DNA of 64,000 nt from NCBI GenBank assembly GCA_043228905.1, contig JBHGNT010000003.1:25668001-25732000 (forward strand). The letters run 5' to 3'. Origin of the DNA: Azolla caroliniana. Lineage: Eukaryota; Plantae; Polypodiophyta. The stretch's first letter is position 1; the number at the start of each line of letters is the position of its first letter. The position numbers and the translations under genes are program-made. The notes beneath the pieces were generated by a model that saw only the letters and a list, made by a program, of their open reading frames with translations, was not told the origin of the DNA and ran no database searches. This document shows, piece after piece, positions 12,501 to 25,029 of the stretch.

Positions 12501-15410
12501 ATGTTCTTTTGCGCCTTGCTGAAAGAAGGCAGGTGGAGGGAGTAGGTGTTTTAACTCTGGAGCAAAGGTATGTACACAATTCTCATTGTTCCAATATCCA
12601 ATAAAATGTAAACCTGTATCTTAGAGTTTTTTGTTCTTATGTGTAAAAACAAGTAGATTTCAGTATCTTAGTAATGCGGTTCTTCAAGCAAAGAGTGCGA
12701 GCATAGGCACAATGAGCAGTGATATTGGCGATGGTTGTTTGTTGGAGCTTTTGGAAGGAAAGCTTGCTGTATTAAGATTTCAGATCAGGATCAAGGAGGA
12801 GTTGGAACTTCTGGTTCGTAGAAGTGAAGGAAACCATACTGGCGATCTTAGCGACACGCTGATGAAAGATTCTTTTCCCGGAAGTATGGTGCTGGCAGAG
12901 GAGGCTGCTCTTGTTGCTGCGAAGGAGAAACTAGAAGACATACAAAAAGATCCAAAGAGTATATCACAACTTTACAATGATTTTGCAGTCCCTTATGAGA
13001 TTTGGGAGGTGAGCACAATCTCTAACATGTACCTTAAGACATTGATAGTTGTTTCACATTTGTCAAGTTTTCTTTATAGACCTTTGCAATAATTGATTTC
13101 AATATGAAAGGCGTAGTGTTTACCAATGACAAACATATCAATGGGCATACGAGTAGACAAGTACTTAAATGATCCCAATCTAAAACATGTGATTGTAATT
13201 AGAAAGGCTTATATAGCTCGTGAAAGGCCACACCGCTGTACAATAGTGGAAGCAGCTATAGGGATGTGAGAATATGATATGAGGTTTTATAGATACACTG
13301 AAATACAATGAATCAAGTTTTCAACACCGTGTGTAGCAAATGCAATAAATTGATTATATACATGAGTTTGTTTTGAACAATCAGAGGGATCACAACTAGT
13401 TGTGGAGTCAACATATCGACCAAGAAAATACCAGATGACTAAGAGAAAGGGCCAAAAACCTTGCATGTTGTAGGTTCAAGTTCTCTGTTTTACTGTGGAA
13501 CCAAATGATATTTTACACATGTCTCTAATGCTTGTATCCAAATGTGTGCAAAACCCTGACACAATATGTACAAATATTTGCTAATGAGAAATCAAGTGTG
13601 AGTTCTTTGCAGACATTTTTTCGTGTTTCATAGTGAGTTTCTGGCTTGTGTCTTATCTAGTACCTATTATATCCGGATATCGTACTATGACGGTTATCTT
13701 TTCAGATTTGCTTGGAGATTTTGGATTTTTCAAACTATTCACGGGATGCTCAGAGCAATCTTATGAAAGACACGTGGACAAGGCTTATAGAACATGCTTT
13801 GCTTGCTGGAGGGATTGCGGAAGGGTGCACCGTGCTAAGACGAGTCGGCCCAAGGTTTTTCCCTGGTGATGGTGGCAGTTTGCCTCTGGATTCAATCTGC
13901 CTACACCTTGAAAAGGCTGCTGAGGTACTTCTTTCAGGAAATATGAATAAGAGACCATAATGTAATTACGTTTAGAAAAATACCCAGTGTATTTTTTACC
14001 TTTTCATTACATTTCTTCTTTTTGTTTTGGATACTTGGTATGAAAAGTGGATACTTTTGTGGATTTGTGGGGTCACGATTCTTTGTAAATCTAGGATCGA
14101 GTGGCGTCTGGTAAAGAGGTTGTGGGAGATGAAGATATCCCGAGAGCACTTATTGCTGCTTGCAAGGATACGTATGAAGTTGTCCATAGGGTATATGATA
14201 GGCTTCTAGCCACAGGAGGAGCCGTTTTGCCATCGACATATCTGCGGCTTCGGATACTCCGTTCAGCACTTACTGTGATGAGAGAGTGGTCACTCTCCGT
14301 CTTTGGTACCACTATAGGCAGCTCGGCTTTAGCATTCAAAGGCACACCTGGCTTCGCAAGAACTATTTCTTCTAATCAAGCTGTCAAGGACAAGCTTACT
14401 ACTGCCGCAAACAGGTACATACGGTATATACATTGTGTGTTTTATTTTATACACACACATGCATACATACATATACACACATACACATTGTGTGCTGTTA
14501 TCTCTGTTATGTGATTCAAGCTCTGACACATGTGTGTTGTGTTATTAAGACCCAGATCACCCAACTACGCACCATGTTAAAACCCAAAACATTATCTTTC
14601 ACTCGTCTCAGTTTGATGTTAAAATAGCTTAAATCTTTTGTAATGATAGAATGTCTCACACTCCTGACGTGATTCTGTGCTTTTCTCTCATGTTGTGACC
14701 TGTAATTGAGTCCCCTACATTCTAATAGATTTACATTAAAAATTTTAAATATTGTCTCACTCATGCTCTTATATTTTAATGACTTTAGTAAGTTTATTCA
14801 CTCTATAGATTCTATAATTTTGTAATACCTGAGACCTTTTCATAAATGGTTTGGGTATTAAAAGCAAAACAACAAAATACCAGTAATGCTTTTCATATTG
14901 CCAGAGCAACCTATGTAGTAGTAGATTTTGTATTATCAGATCTTCAAGGGGCAATCTGAGAAATCTTCAAGGGGTATTTTTGTGTTTTATTTTCTAAAAC
15001 TTCACTTTGCTGCGAGCTTTTATTTGTAGATATAAAAATATTAGAAACTCTTTTTCTATTATTTGGGTACATGACGGAAACATGCTCTAAAGGACTTTTT
15101 AATAAGTATTTAGGATTTAAGAGTAAAACACCAAAATGCCACTAAGGTTTCAATATTCACCAGAACATCCTTATGTAGGAGTAGATTCTGTACTAAATAT
15201 TTTGAGATTCTGTACTAAATACTTCAGGCTATTTTGTTTTATTTTCTGAATTTTAACTTTCTTTGAACTTTCTTCAGTAGATATGAAAACTTCCTTTTTT
15301 TGGTTAGGTATATGACTGAAGTCCGAAGGCTGCCACTTGCACCGAATGTCGTTGAACCTTTGTATCAAGGATTCCGAGAACTAGAAGAAGTATTAATAGG
15401 GTCTTCTTGA
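6534..15410 (+). CDS. NUP155: Nuclear pore complex protein NUP155, ~13 exons (6534-6689, 8172-8341, 8419-8545, 8665-8927, 9047-10643, 10768-10980, 11056-11303, 11492-11903, 12352-12567, 12657-13007, 13706-13924, 14095-14414, 15308-15410)
   Basis: MSWEDET..EASRY..; ELPPVLIERYNAAGG..ALCGIFP..RRAWATVDNSLFLWRFDKWDGQCPEY; GRIFLAGRDGHIYEL; YGGGEAAAMCLLLA; C-terminal ANRYMTEVRRLPL. These are characteristic of plant Nup155; junctions examined are GT-AG. Confidence 0.96.
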
Positions 15411-16563
15411 AGTAAATCTCGAGAATTCCAACGTAACGTCTTTTTCCTGACAGGTGTATCCCTAAAAATCTTTAATGATTTGAAGTGTATATTAGATGTA
15501 TCTCTCTCTCTCTCTCTCTCTCTCTCTTTGTGGCCTTCTAAGGATGTTGAAATATCATCATTGTCATCATTCCATCTCTCTGCTTATAATGCAATTGGAA
15601 GTGGATTGATATGAAGTAGAGATAGAACCAGTAAGGTTACATAGTCCCATTTTTATCAAGATTTTGAGAGATAACAATGGATGAGCAACAACTATATAGA
15701 ATAATATCTGGCTATGCTTTTGGTATATCTTTCATTGTTATATCATATATGTTTTGATTTGGCGATTTTAAGACTTGGAAAGTGTCAACTATAATCACAT
15801 ATTTCAAAACCCCAAACAACCTCCTATACTGGTGTATCTATATCTATCTGTTATTCATACATGGCCTATTGTAGAATGGGTTGTCGTGTTGATGACCTTT
15901 TGTAGCTCTAATCTTAACCCTAGGCATACAACTGGACTTTATTTTATCCTTATTAGTTAAAGAAATAATTCTATGATGTGGCTGGCATGAGGTATCCTAT
16001 CGCGAGGTGTGATTGGCATGTTGAGGTTGTGCATTGCAATTGCCAATCATGCCGTGTGATATTGTACATTATTTTTACTCCTGAATTTAATTTAATTTAA
16101 TTTGCACTGGATCAATATAGATTGTATAGATACAGTCATGGTTATGGAAGGGCATATTGATGGAGGACTATGAGTCGATTTTAGCAATGGACAACACGGT
16201 GTTGACCATATGTTTTTTGTGATTGGAAAGAAGACATGTTGACAATGTTAAGAGAAAGGGAAGGTTTTCATCCTTTTCTAGTTCATTCCAAATCTTTCCT
16301 CTGTTGCCTCGAGAATAATGTGTACTGAATGGATATCTATTATAAAAACTTGTCTTTCCTAATTTCTTACATAGATTACATGTTCTCCTCAAGTAAAATA
16401 TGTAAATAGTCTCATTATGATACGTTTGATGCTAGACAAATTACCCTATTTTGAGAAGATCGTATAGGAGATCTTTTTGCCCATAAAGATTGAAAACATT
16501 GCTTAGAAACCAAGAAAGCAAGGGATTTTATAGGGCTATTAGTTTATCTAAAAGTTGATAAAT

Positions 16564-16790
16564 TATTACAAGGCCTTTTCAAATTCTCATAATTCCTCTA
16601 TTTAAAGGACGATAAAATATTATGCTTGCATGAGAACAAAGTATGATATAGAACCTTCAAAATTTATTCCAAGGGTTTATAAACTATTACAAGGCCTTTT
16701 CAAATTCTCATAATTCCCCTATTTAAAGGACGGTAAAATATTATGCTTTCATGAGAACTAAGTATGATATAGAACCTTCAAATTTTATTC
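16564..16790. repeat. Two-copy direct tandem repeat, period ~121 bp
   Basis: TATTACAAGGCCTTTTCAAATTCTCATAATTCC...GATATAGAACCTTCAAA at 16564 and 16685, few substitutions. Confidence 0.92.
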
Positions 16791-17279
16791 CTTGAGGTTA
16801 AGGGGCTACTAGAGACCCACAATCCATAATACAATTGCTCGAATATTTTCACCTATGTTCCCACATGGCTTCAGGAGACTACATATCACATATGAGGTTT
16901 TCCACTTGGGATTTATTTTTGTTGAAATCAAAATTCAGAGTTGTATTGAGGAGGAACCGACAAAGCAAATAAAATACATATAATGATGAAGTGTTAAATG
17001 TGATCATGGTGAGCAACATGATTGTCAAACACCTTATCCCAATAATTTATACTACATCATTTCTTACATCTATATAGCTTCTTGTTAAAATAGTACCAAT
17101 CACAAGATAGTTTCTTACATGCATATCATAACCTTCATTGAGAAACTATGGTATTAATGCATCAAGTGGAATTTGTCTTGATGTGGCACCTAATCATTAG
17201 ATGCAAGATATCTAGGATGCATGACAGTTTGTCCATAGGACAATTATCCGTACCGATGTGACTAAATTACGTAGTGTTA

Positions 17280-17720
17280 CAATGTTCGTGGTGATCAAAC
17301 AATTCCTAATATTTATAAAATTAGGAGCAATGAACACCATGGACTTCACCACAAACCCCGAAGAATCTAAATGTGTACCCTGGATTTCATGACAATCAAT
17401 TTATTCATATTTTTAAGACACTTTCATATATCGATGAATATCTTCTATAAACTGCACAACCCAAGATTTATGATTGGTACACGTAGAAAAGAACATTCCT
17501 ATCAATTTCTACACAAGGACATAATCAAGGTGACAATAAACCTTGTGTGTTGGATTTATATTATTCATTTGTCATCCCTTTATTTAATGTTATCATAAGA
17601 ATAATATATTGATCCAAGTATGTTCAAACAATTCTTTATAACATCTCATGAATGAAAACTCCCATAATGAGAAAAACAATTGAAGCCTTCCCTTTGGCAC
17701 ACGTGTATTTACGTGCATTG
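17280..17720. mobile_element. Possible highly decayed Ty3/gypsy integrase fragments
   Basis: Short peptides MFVVIKQF and TMDFTT (+) and VPKGRLQL and TQGLLSP (-) resemble gypsy integrase motifs IFVVVDRF, SMDFIT and GLLQPL; no intact ORF. Confidence 0.3.
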
Positions 17721-17952
17721 GACCGAGAATTACAACAACAAACAAGAATTGACGATCACAAAACAAAGATATGAAACCAATAATGGGTAACAATGATACA
17801 GAATTGGAACTTAATAGAAGAATGTGGCATTGATCAACTTCATTTTGTTGATTAACAAATGAAAGTGCCATTCAACATGAATGCAATTGATTGATTAATG
17901 TTGGAATGTTTGCTTGACACATCTCTAATATTGTCAGTATACTACATAGAAA

Positions 17953-18254
17953 GTATTGACTAGCCTTTACATTCTATTAGGTGGATTTAAGACCATAATT
18001 GGAATATATTTCTACACATAGCATATAAGAAAATTTGTTGCATAGATGATGGTTGATCTAGTGCAATAATTGAACAAAAGCTGACATAAAGAGTCAAGCA
18101 TGTATTGACTAGCCTTTACATTCTATTAGATGGATTTAAGACCATAATAGGAATATATTTCTACGCATAGCAGTAAGAAAATTTGTTGCATAGATGACGC
18201 TTAATAATTTGTCTAGTACAGTAATTGAACAAAAGCTGCCATAAAGAATCAAGC
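17953..18254. repeat. Two-copy direct tandem repeat, period ~149 bp
   Basis: GTATTGACTAGCCTTTACATTCTATTAG...AAAAGCTG.CATAAAGA.TCAAGC at 17953 and 18102. Confidence 0.92.
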
Positions 18255-19521
18255 CCCTACCATCCTTACTTTTTTTGGAACTAATGAATCGTTTCTACCA
18301 TAGCACCATGACTATGTAAGGCTATGTTATTGTCTATGTTTTATCTTGATTCTTTATGTTTTGCAAGCAATAAGTTGTCTTCGTGTCAATACCACTTTCA
18401 CAATCAAAACAATGGTATCATTGCATATGGTACCACTTTCTAGATTGAACTAACCATCATATGCTATGACACGCAACAAATCATGGCCATGGTGCTATTT
18501 TAAACTATGGTCCTTTAATTTGGATATACCATCCCTCCCTTTGTTTGTTATTCAAAAAATTGCCACCATGTCACCAATATACATTGGCCTTTACGCCCGA
18601 GGTACCATCCATCCCTTTTTTATGTAACTAATGAATTGTTACCTTGTCAATACAATGCCCATGCTCCATTCATAGTGCTCCTTTTCTAAACCCAAGGTTA
18701 GAAAATTTGATGCTTGAATTGAGGCAAAGGAGAAATTTCTAAACCCAAAGCTCCATTCATAATACTTGAATTGTGACATTTTCATAAATGTACTAAAATA
18801 ATACTTGAACACCCAAGTTATTCGGAAGATTGTACTCTTTTGCAACACATCGATTGCTGCCATGTCAACAACATGCCAATATTTTGGAAAATTGCTTGTA
18901 TATATTTTAATGATGTGTGTGTGTGTGCGTGTGCGTGTGTGTTGAGGGACACTAATATAATACACCCCCTTCTGGAAGGAGAAATCATATTAAAACTAGA
19001 ATTTGTTTATGATTCACAAAAGCTTGCACCCCACCTTGATGCAGAATTCTTGAAAGCCAGGCACCAAGCCTTAAGAGGGTTTCACGCGCTCGTTTCCCTC
19101 TCTTGGTATGGAAGCACATGGACGAAGAGATACGAAAGTGAGAACGGGTGGTAATGTCCGAACCAAAGCACACATTATCCGAAGAGGACGGGGAGTGCAG
19201 ATGGTGAATAAGTAATTTTGAGAAAGAAGCATATGCATGTATATGTACATATATGTATTGTGAATGATTACGTGAAGGGTAGGATTGTAATTTTCATAAA
19301 TTCGAGTGTGGTAGTATGTATGGTATGGTATGTCTGTATTTTCGAGAGACCATTTTCATCGAGAAGCAGAAGCTTAAAGAAAGACGACGAAAATGAAAAG
19401 TTTAAAAATACGACGACGAAGTAAGTAAGTAAGTGTATGTAATGGTAGACTTTAGACTGTTTTGGATATGGCAACCTTCCAGACAACAGCTAGACGTACT
19501 TCTCTGCGAAATTAGGGTTAC

Positions 19522-19527
<6 letters not shown>

Positions 19528-19584
<57 letters not shown>
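19528..19584 (+). repeat. (CT)n microsatellite in probable Exo70 promoter/leader
   Basis: Pure TC run; followed by a pyrimidine-rich leader-like stretch. Confidence 0.93.
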
Positions 19585-19587
<3 letters not shown>

Positions 19588-20700
19588 GCAAGGTCATCTT
19601 GGCTGTTCTTCCTTTCTATTTCTGTTTCTGATTTTAATTCCTACTGTGTTTTCTGGTTCTAATTCTAATTCCGTTTGGATGATGACACGGGGAACTTCTA
19701 GATACAAGAAGCAGCTCTCTGTCAAAATGTACGTGTTTTTAATCCCCTTCGTTCCAGCAGATTCGCCTCGAAAATAGTTTTTCTTTTTCTGTTGAATATT
19801 TTTTTCCCCCGATGCCTCTCTGCGAAATTAGGGTTTGAAAGAGATTCTCAGGAACTAAGATCGAGCTGCGAGGACTAACAGTGGAGCATAGGATCAGTGA
19901 AGAGAAGTAAGGAGAGAGAGAATGAAATTCAGAGATAAGATCTAAAAGTGGAGCAGAAGATCTGTACAGAGAAGAAAGGACGAAACGCAGAAAGAAGAAA
20001 GAAGCAAGATAGACGGAAAGAAAGAAAACTTCTATTTGTCTCTCTGATTCTCCAGGTTGAGCGTTTTCTTGAATTTTGCAATTTTTTTGGATGATTTCTT
20101 TTCTCCAGTTTTTCTTTCTTCTGCGTATGTGATTTCGTCTTGATAACAATCACCTGAGAAGGAATAGCATCTCGTTTTGAGCTCTATGGATCCATTCTTC
20201 ATCATGTGATTTGTGGTGGCTATGGAAAACTTTAGAAATATTGGAGAAAAGTGTCGTGGAAAACTTAATAGAAGATCAGAGCAATTTCTCAATTGAAAAC
20301 CTGAAGAAAAAATTCAGAGTAAATTCTCAGCGAAAACCTGAGAAAAAATCAGATCGAAGTCTCATTTCTGTTTATTTCCTTACAAAAGGATCACATCAAA
20401 CTCTCGTTTCTGATATTTTTCCGACAAAAGATAAGAAGAAGTCCTACCTAAATCCTGAGAAAGATAACAGAGGATATTCTTTCAATATCTGATAAAATCA
20501 GACAAAATTCTGATTCAAAATCCTGGAAAGACCAACACAGTTTGAATGAGAACCTGAGACAGATCAGAACAAAGTCTCTTTGAAAGCCTGCGAAAGATCA
20601 GAACAAAGTCTTGGATTTCTGTTGTAGATACTTGGCCTCATTGCTTGGCCATCACTATCCATCAGCATCATCATCAATCATCAACTGATAAGCCGTTTAT

Positions 20701-22530
20701 ATGGAATTTCCAACTATGGCAATGTCATCGTTTCCCGAAAACCCATCTCTCCTAGATCAAGCTGAGAGGACTTTGATGGGATCTGATAGTGCAGTTTCTA
20801 CATCTTTCTTGGAGGCCATAGACATGGTTCAGAGTCTCATTGATTCCATGTCTTTAGAGGCTCATGATCATCGAAATCAATGTACTTTGAACGATTCACA
20901 CAGTGTTATGCAACTAGCTATGTATCGAATGGAGGAAGAATTTAGGAATTTGCTTGAGCAAAACAGCGGATCTGTTGATCCTGAGTGGTTGTTTGATCCA
21001 GTAGCTAATCCATCATTTGGCTCCATCTCTGAGGGGAATAGCTCTCACTTTGCTCCTCCAAGTGAAGATTATGGTGAAGGAGAAGAAGAAGTGGCTACTT
21101 CACACTCAATTTCTAACATGAAGATGCATGTGGATATGTTACCCTTAGAGATTGTGTCTGATCTATCGGAGATAGCATCTCGGATGATTAATTCGGGCTA
21201 TAAAACGGAATGTTGCCATGCTTATATTCAGATAAGAAAACAGACGCTCGAAGAAAGCTTGTTCAGATTAGGAATAGAGAAATTCAGCATCGAGGATGTG
21301 CAGAAATTGCAATGGAAAAGCTTGGAAGCAGAGATTGTGAAATGGATAAATGCTGTCAAGGTCTCTGTTGGAGTTCTCTTCCCTAGTGAGAAGAAGCTCT
21401 GTGAACAGATCTATTATTCGGATTTATCTTCTGTTGCAGAATGGTGCTTTGCTGAATTAGCAAAAGGTTCAATGATACAACTTCTCAACTTTGCAGAAGC
21501 TGTGGCTATATGTAGAAGGTCTCCAGAGAAACTACCGAGGATTCTAGATATGTATGAAGAACTTAGAGATGATCTTGATGACATAAATTCCATATTCTCG
21601 GGTCAATGTTGTGAGAATCTAAGGTCAGAAGTATCAGGAGTATTGCAAAGACTCAGAGAAGCTGCACGAGGAACATTTGCTGAGTGTGCTAATGCCATAA
21701 GGAAAGATCCTGCTAAGAACCCTGTTGTTGGAGGAGCTGTTCATCCGTTAACAAAATATGTAATGAATTATCTTAGATTGCTCGTGTGTTTCTCAAGCAC
21801 CCTAGATGAGATCTTAGGTAATCAAAGAATCATTGGCTTACAACCTCGCATTAATCAAGGTAGTAACCAAGTATCCACCTGTGAGGATAGCATTAGCGTA
21901 CATGGGAGATATGAGTCACCTTTTTCCGTCCAAACTTGTGTTCTTATGGATCTACTAGAAGAGAATTTGGAAGCGAAATCCAAGCTTTACAAAGATTCTG
22001 CCCAAGCATTTCTCTTTCTAATGAACAATCATCAGTATATTGTTCACAAGGTGAAATCTTCTGAGGTTCGGTCATTGTTGAGTGATGATTGGTTAAGGAA
22101 ACAAATGAGCAAAGTGAGGCAATCTCACAATGGCTACCTAAGAGCGTCATGGCAAAGGGTCTTACATTGCCTAAGAGATGAAGGAATACATTCAAGTGGT
22201 AGTTCTTTCTCATCTAGTAGTGTTTCGAGAACAATATTGAAAGAAAGGTTCAGAGCATTCAATACTTCGTTTGAAGAGGTGGTGAAAAGCCAACAAACTT
22301 GGATAGTCTCTGATTTGAAGTTGTGTGCTGATCTTCGCATTTCTATTATAGAAATGATGTTACCAGCATATAGATCTTTTCTTGGGCGATTTAAAAAATA
22401 TGTTGACTCAGAAAAACATTCTGAGAAATATCTAAAATACACTGCTGAAGATTTGGAAACTATTCTGAATGATTTATTCGAGGAAGGTTCTGCCCCTTCT
22501 GTCCACTATCGCAGTGGATCTTCTATGTAG
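20701..22530 (+). CDS. EXO70: Exocyst subunit Exo70 family protein, intronless CDS, 609 aa
   Basis: Motifs AMYRMEEEFRNLL, SIEDVQKLQW, QLLNFAEAVAI..RSPEKL..ILDMYE, PVVGGAVHPLTKYVMNYL, FLMNN, LKERFRAFN..FEE, PAYRSFLGRF, KYTAEDLE. Confidence 0.97.
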   Translation: MEFPTMAMSSFPENPSLLDQAERTLMGSDSAVSTSFLEAIDMVQSLIDSMSLEAHDHRNQCTLNDSHSVMQLAMYRMEEEFRNLLEQNSGSVDPEWLFDPVANPSFGSISEGNSSHFAPPSEDYGEGEEEVATSHSISNMKMHVDMLPLEIVSDLSEIASRMINSGYKTECCHAYIQIRKQTLEESLFRLGIEKFSIEDVQKLQWKSLEAEIVKWINAVKVSVGVLFPSEKKLCEQIYYSDLSSVAEWCFAELAKGSMIQLLNFAEAVAICRRSPEKLPRILDMYEELRDDLDDINSIFSGQCCENLRSEVSGVLQRLREAARGTFAECANAIRKDPAKNPVVGGAVHPLTKYVMNYLRLLVCFSSTLDEILGNQRIIGLQPRINQGSNQVSTCEDSISVHGRYESPFSVQTCVLMDLLEENLEAKSKLYKDSAQAFLFLMNNHQYIVHKVKSSEVRSLLSDDWLRKQMSKVRQSHNGYLRASWQRVLHCLRDEGIHSSGSSFSSSSVSRTILKERFRAFNTSFEEVVKSQQTWIVSDLKLCADLRISIIEMMLPAYRSFLGRFKKYVDSEKHSEKYLKYTAEDLETILNDLFEEGSAPSVHYRSGSSM

Positions 22531-23948
22531 ACTTACATATTGTAATTTTTTGTTTTCATTTCCTTCCGTTTTTGGTAAAATATGCTTATACTAGTATATG
22601 CTTACGTAAGTGTGATGAAATGTCACTAGTATATTTCATATTTTCATTGCACTTCTTTATTGATATGCCAGAGCGAGAATATGGCATAGGGTAGGGTTTT
22701 CTTCAACATGGTCTTCATGAACATATGGGGTTGAAGTGTCAGGACAGAAAGCTGGTCATAGTGTAAAGTAAGAGTTATTTTTGCAGAGATGTGATGAAAA
22801 CTTCACTAGTATATCACCATTCAGAAAATTTTGATGTGCTTCTAGAGGAGAGGAATATAAAATTGAATAGAGTTTTTGTTGGAGTAAATGGGTTGAATTC
22901 TCAAGGGATGGATAAAATGTGTTCTTGTGGATGGATGGTCAAGACGTGGGTTTGTAATCACTAATTGCATTTTAAAAAGGCATTGTATGTACTATTTCAA
23001 TGATGTCTATAACAATACTGAATTGATAATGGGTGGATTTATTCCTCTTGTTAAATTCCAGTTTACTAAGCTTGAGTTTGGAAACTTGCTTGCGCGGAAC
23101 TGCCATTTTTGTGAATATTGTTGGTAGAAATGTTTTTGCTCATAATCTAAATGGAATCTTGTGGATGTTGTAACTTATGGAATCATTGAACGTTAACAAT
23201 GTCAATGGAAATGTTGTAACCTACATAGTTAATGAAAAAACCAATGAATGGTCATGGAGCCCGAAAAAAGATATATTGTCAATGTGTTTTTAGTGACAAA
23301 AATGTTATAAACATTTACTCTTATGTTAGCATTGTTCTTAAGAAAGAAAATGAATACATCGGTGACTCTATGGGGTTCATTCATGGCAAACGTAGGATAC
23401 ATTGCAGTAAACTTCATGTTGGTCATTGAAATTTGATTATTTGTCCAAACATGGAAGTCAATATATTTCATTAAGAGGGATTGAAAAGTGAAATGAATTA
23501 ATGAACTAAAACACACCACTCAAACGATGAAATGGAAATGGAACTTGAAGGGGAGTTTACATAATTTACACCCTTTTCATTTGTGCAGTGTTGATTATTC
23601 AATGTCTTTTGAGTGCAAATTGATGTCACTTAGAACTAACATGTAAAAAAAATGCTACCATGCAACTTAAAGCCCTTCTATATAGACAAATGGCATTGGG
23701 TAAATGTGGACAAAGAGATCCCCTAGAGATGGAGAGTTTTGCATGACCAAGGTTAAGACCTTGGCCCTAAGTCTATTTTCGTGAGTGAAGTTAAACGAGG
23801 GTTGAATCTAGAGAAGAAGATGAACAATTAGATGCACGATAAAAAGACAAAATGCAAAACCCAAAACCCTAGACCACATCGCATGGCTATGTGTGTGATG
23901 ACTTCATTTGCGAGAAGGATGTAGCTATGTATAGTAGGGCAAGGGCAA

Positions 23949-24166
23949 GATAAGCACCTGATTGAATGGGGGGAGATTGATAATAGGGGTTTTTCTTCTC
24001 GATCGATCACAAAAACTGTTTCAAAATGTAACGACGAAGTAAAGTCGGGTCTTGGAGGAGATAAGCACCTGATTGAATGGGAGGGATTGATAATGATAAG
24101 AGGGATTTTTCTTCACGATCGATCACAGAAACTGTTTCAAAACGTAACGAAGAAGTAAAGTCGGGT
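23949..24166. repeat. Two-copy direct tandem repeat, period ~111-116 bp
   Basis: GATAAGCACCTGATTGAATGGG...CGATCGATCACA.AAACTGTTTCAAAA.GTAACGA.GAAGTAAAGTCGGGT twice. Confidence 0.9.
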
Positions 24167-24596
24167 ATGGGAGGAGACTCCGAGAGAGAGAGAGAGAGAG
24201 CGAGCGAATGAGAGAGACATGGGTTTTCTGATTTCTTCATTGAATCGGATTTGGAAAGGGAGAGAAAGGAAATGGAAGAGTCTAGAAGGTGCCACGTCAT
24301 CGCCCCAACCACACGTAGTCGATTACATATGTATGTATGTACATATGCACTGAATAATATAAATAGAACAGGGGCGACAGACACAGAGAAGAATGGGATC
24401 TTTTTTGGTGCGATCGTTTTGAGATCAACAGACAAATAGACACACAGAGAGAAAAAGAATCGATCGATCGATCGATCGGACCATATCTTCTTCCTTCCAT
24501 TTTCTTCCTCACCAGAATCACATCCTTCTGCAGACAACATATCTGAGCTTCTTTTCCACTGCCTCAGGATCCTTCACGATTGAGAAAGAGTTGCCA

Positions 24597-24627
<31 letters not shown>

Positions 24628-24736
24628 AAGAAGAAAGGACGAACGAAAATACTTTTTACTTTTTATAGACTGCCACAACTTCGAGATATCAGCCACTGAA
24701 AGAACAGTTCTTTGAATTTCTCCACATCTGCCAACG

Positions 24737-24804
<68 letters not shown>

Positions 24805-24812
24805 ACTCACTC
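24597..24812. repeat. (GAA)n and (CT)n microsatellites flanking a probable promoter
   Basis: (GAA)n at ~24597-24634 and (TC)n at ~24741-24800, followed by (CACT)n. Confidence 0.9.
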
Positions 24813-25029
24813 ACTGAGAGTCCAATTTCCGCCAGTCTTCAAAATTTGGCTGCTTTCCTGCGATTGTAATAAGGACAATCGGAAATTCTCCGTTTCGGCA
24901 AGATCCCTCCTCAGAGAGAATCTGTAGAGTGTTCCATATTCACAGAGAAGGATTTGTCCATCCTCACAGATATAGAACAAACTCTGACGTTTTCCATCCC
25001 TGCAAAAATATTCTTTACAGAACACAGCC

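Noticed and set aside
18840-19154. 104-aa ORF upstream of Exo70
   Set aside because: Non-ATG start, runs through a (GT)n tract, no recognisable domain or splice support.
23895-23961. C box (GTGATGA) and D box (CTGA) spaced like a C/D snoRNA
   Set aside because: No terminal stem or recognisable rRNA-complementary guide; the D box belongs to a tandem duplication.
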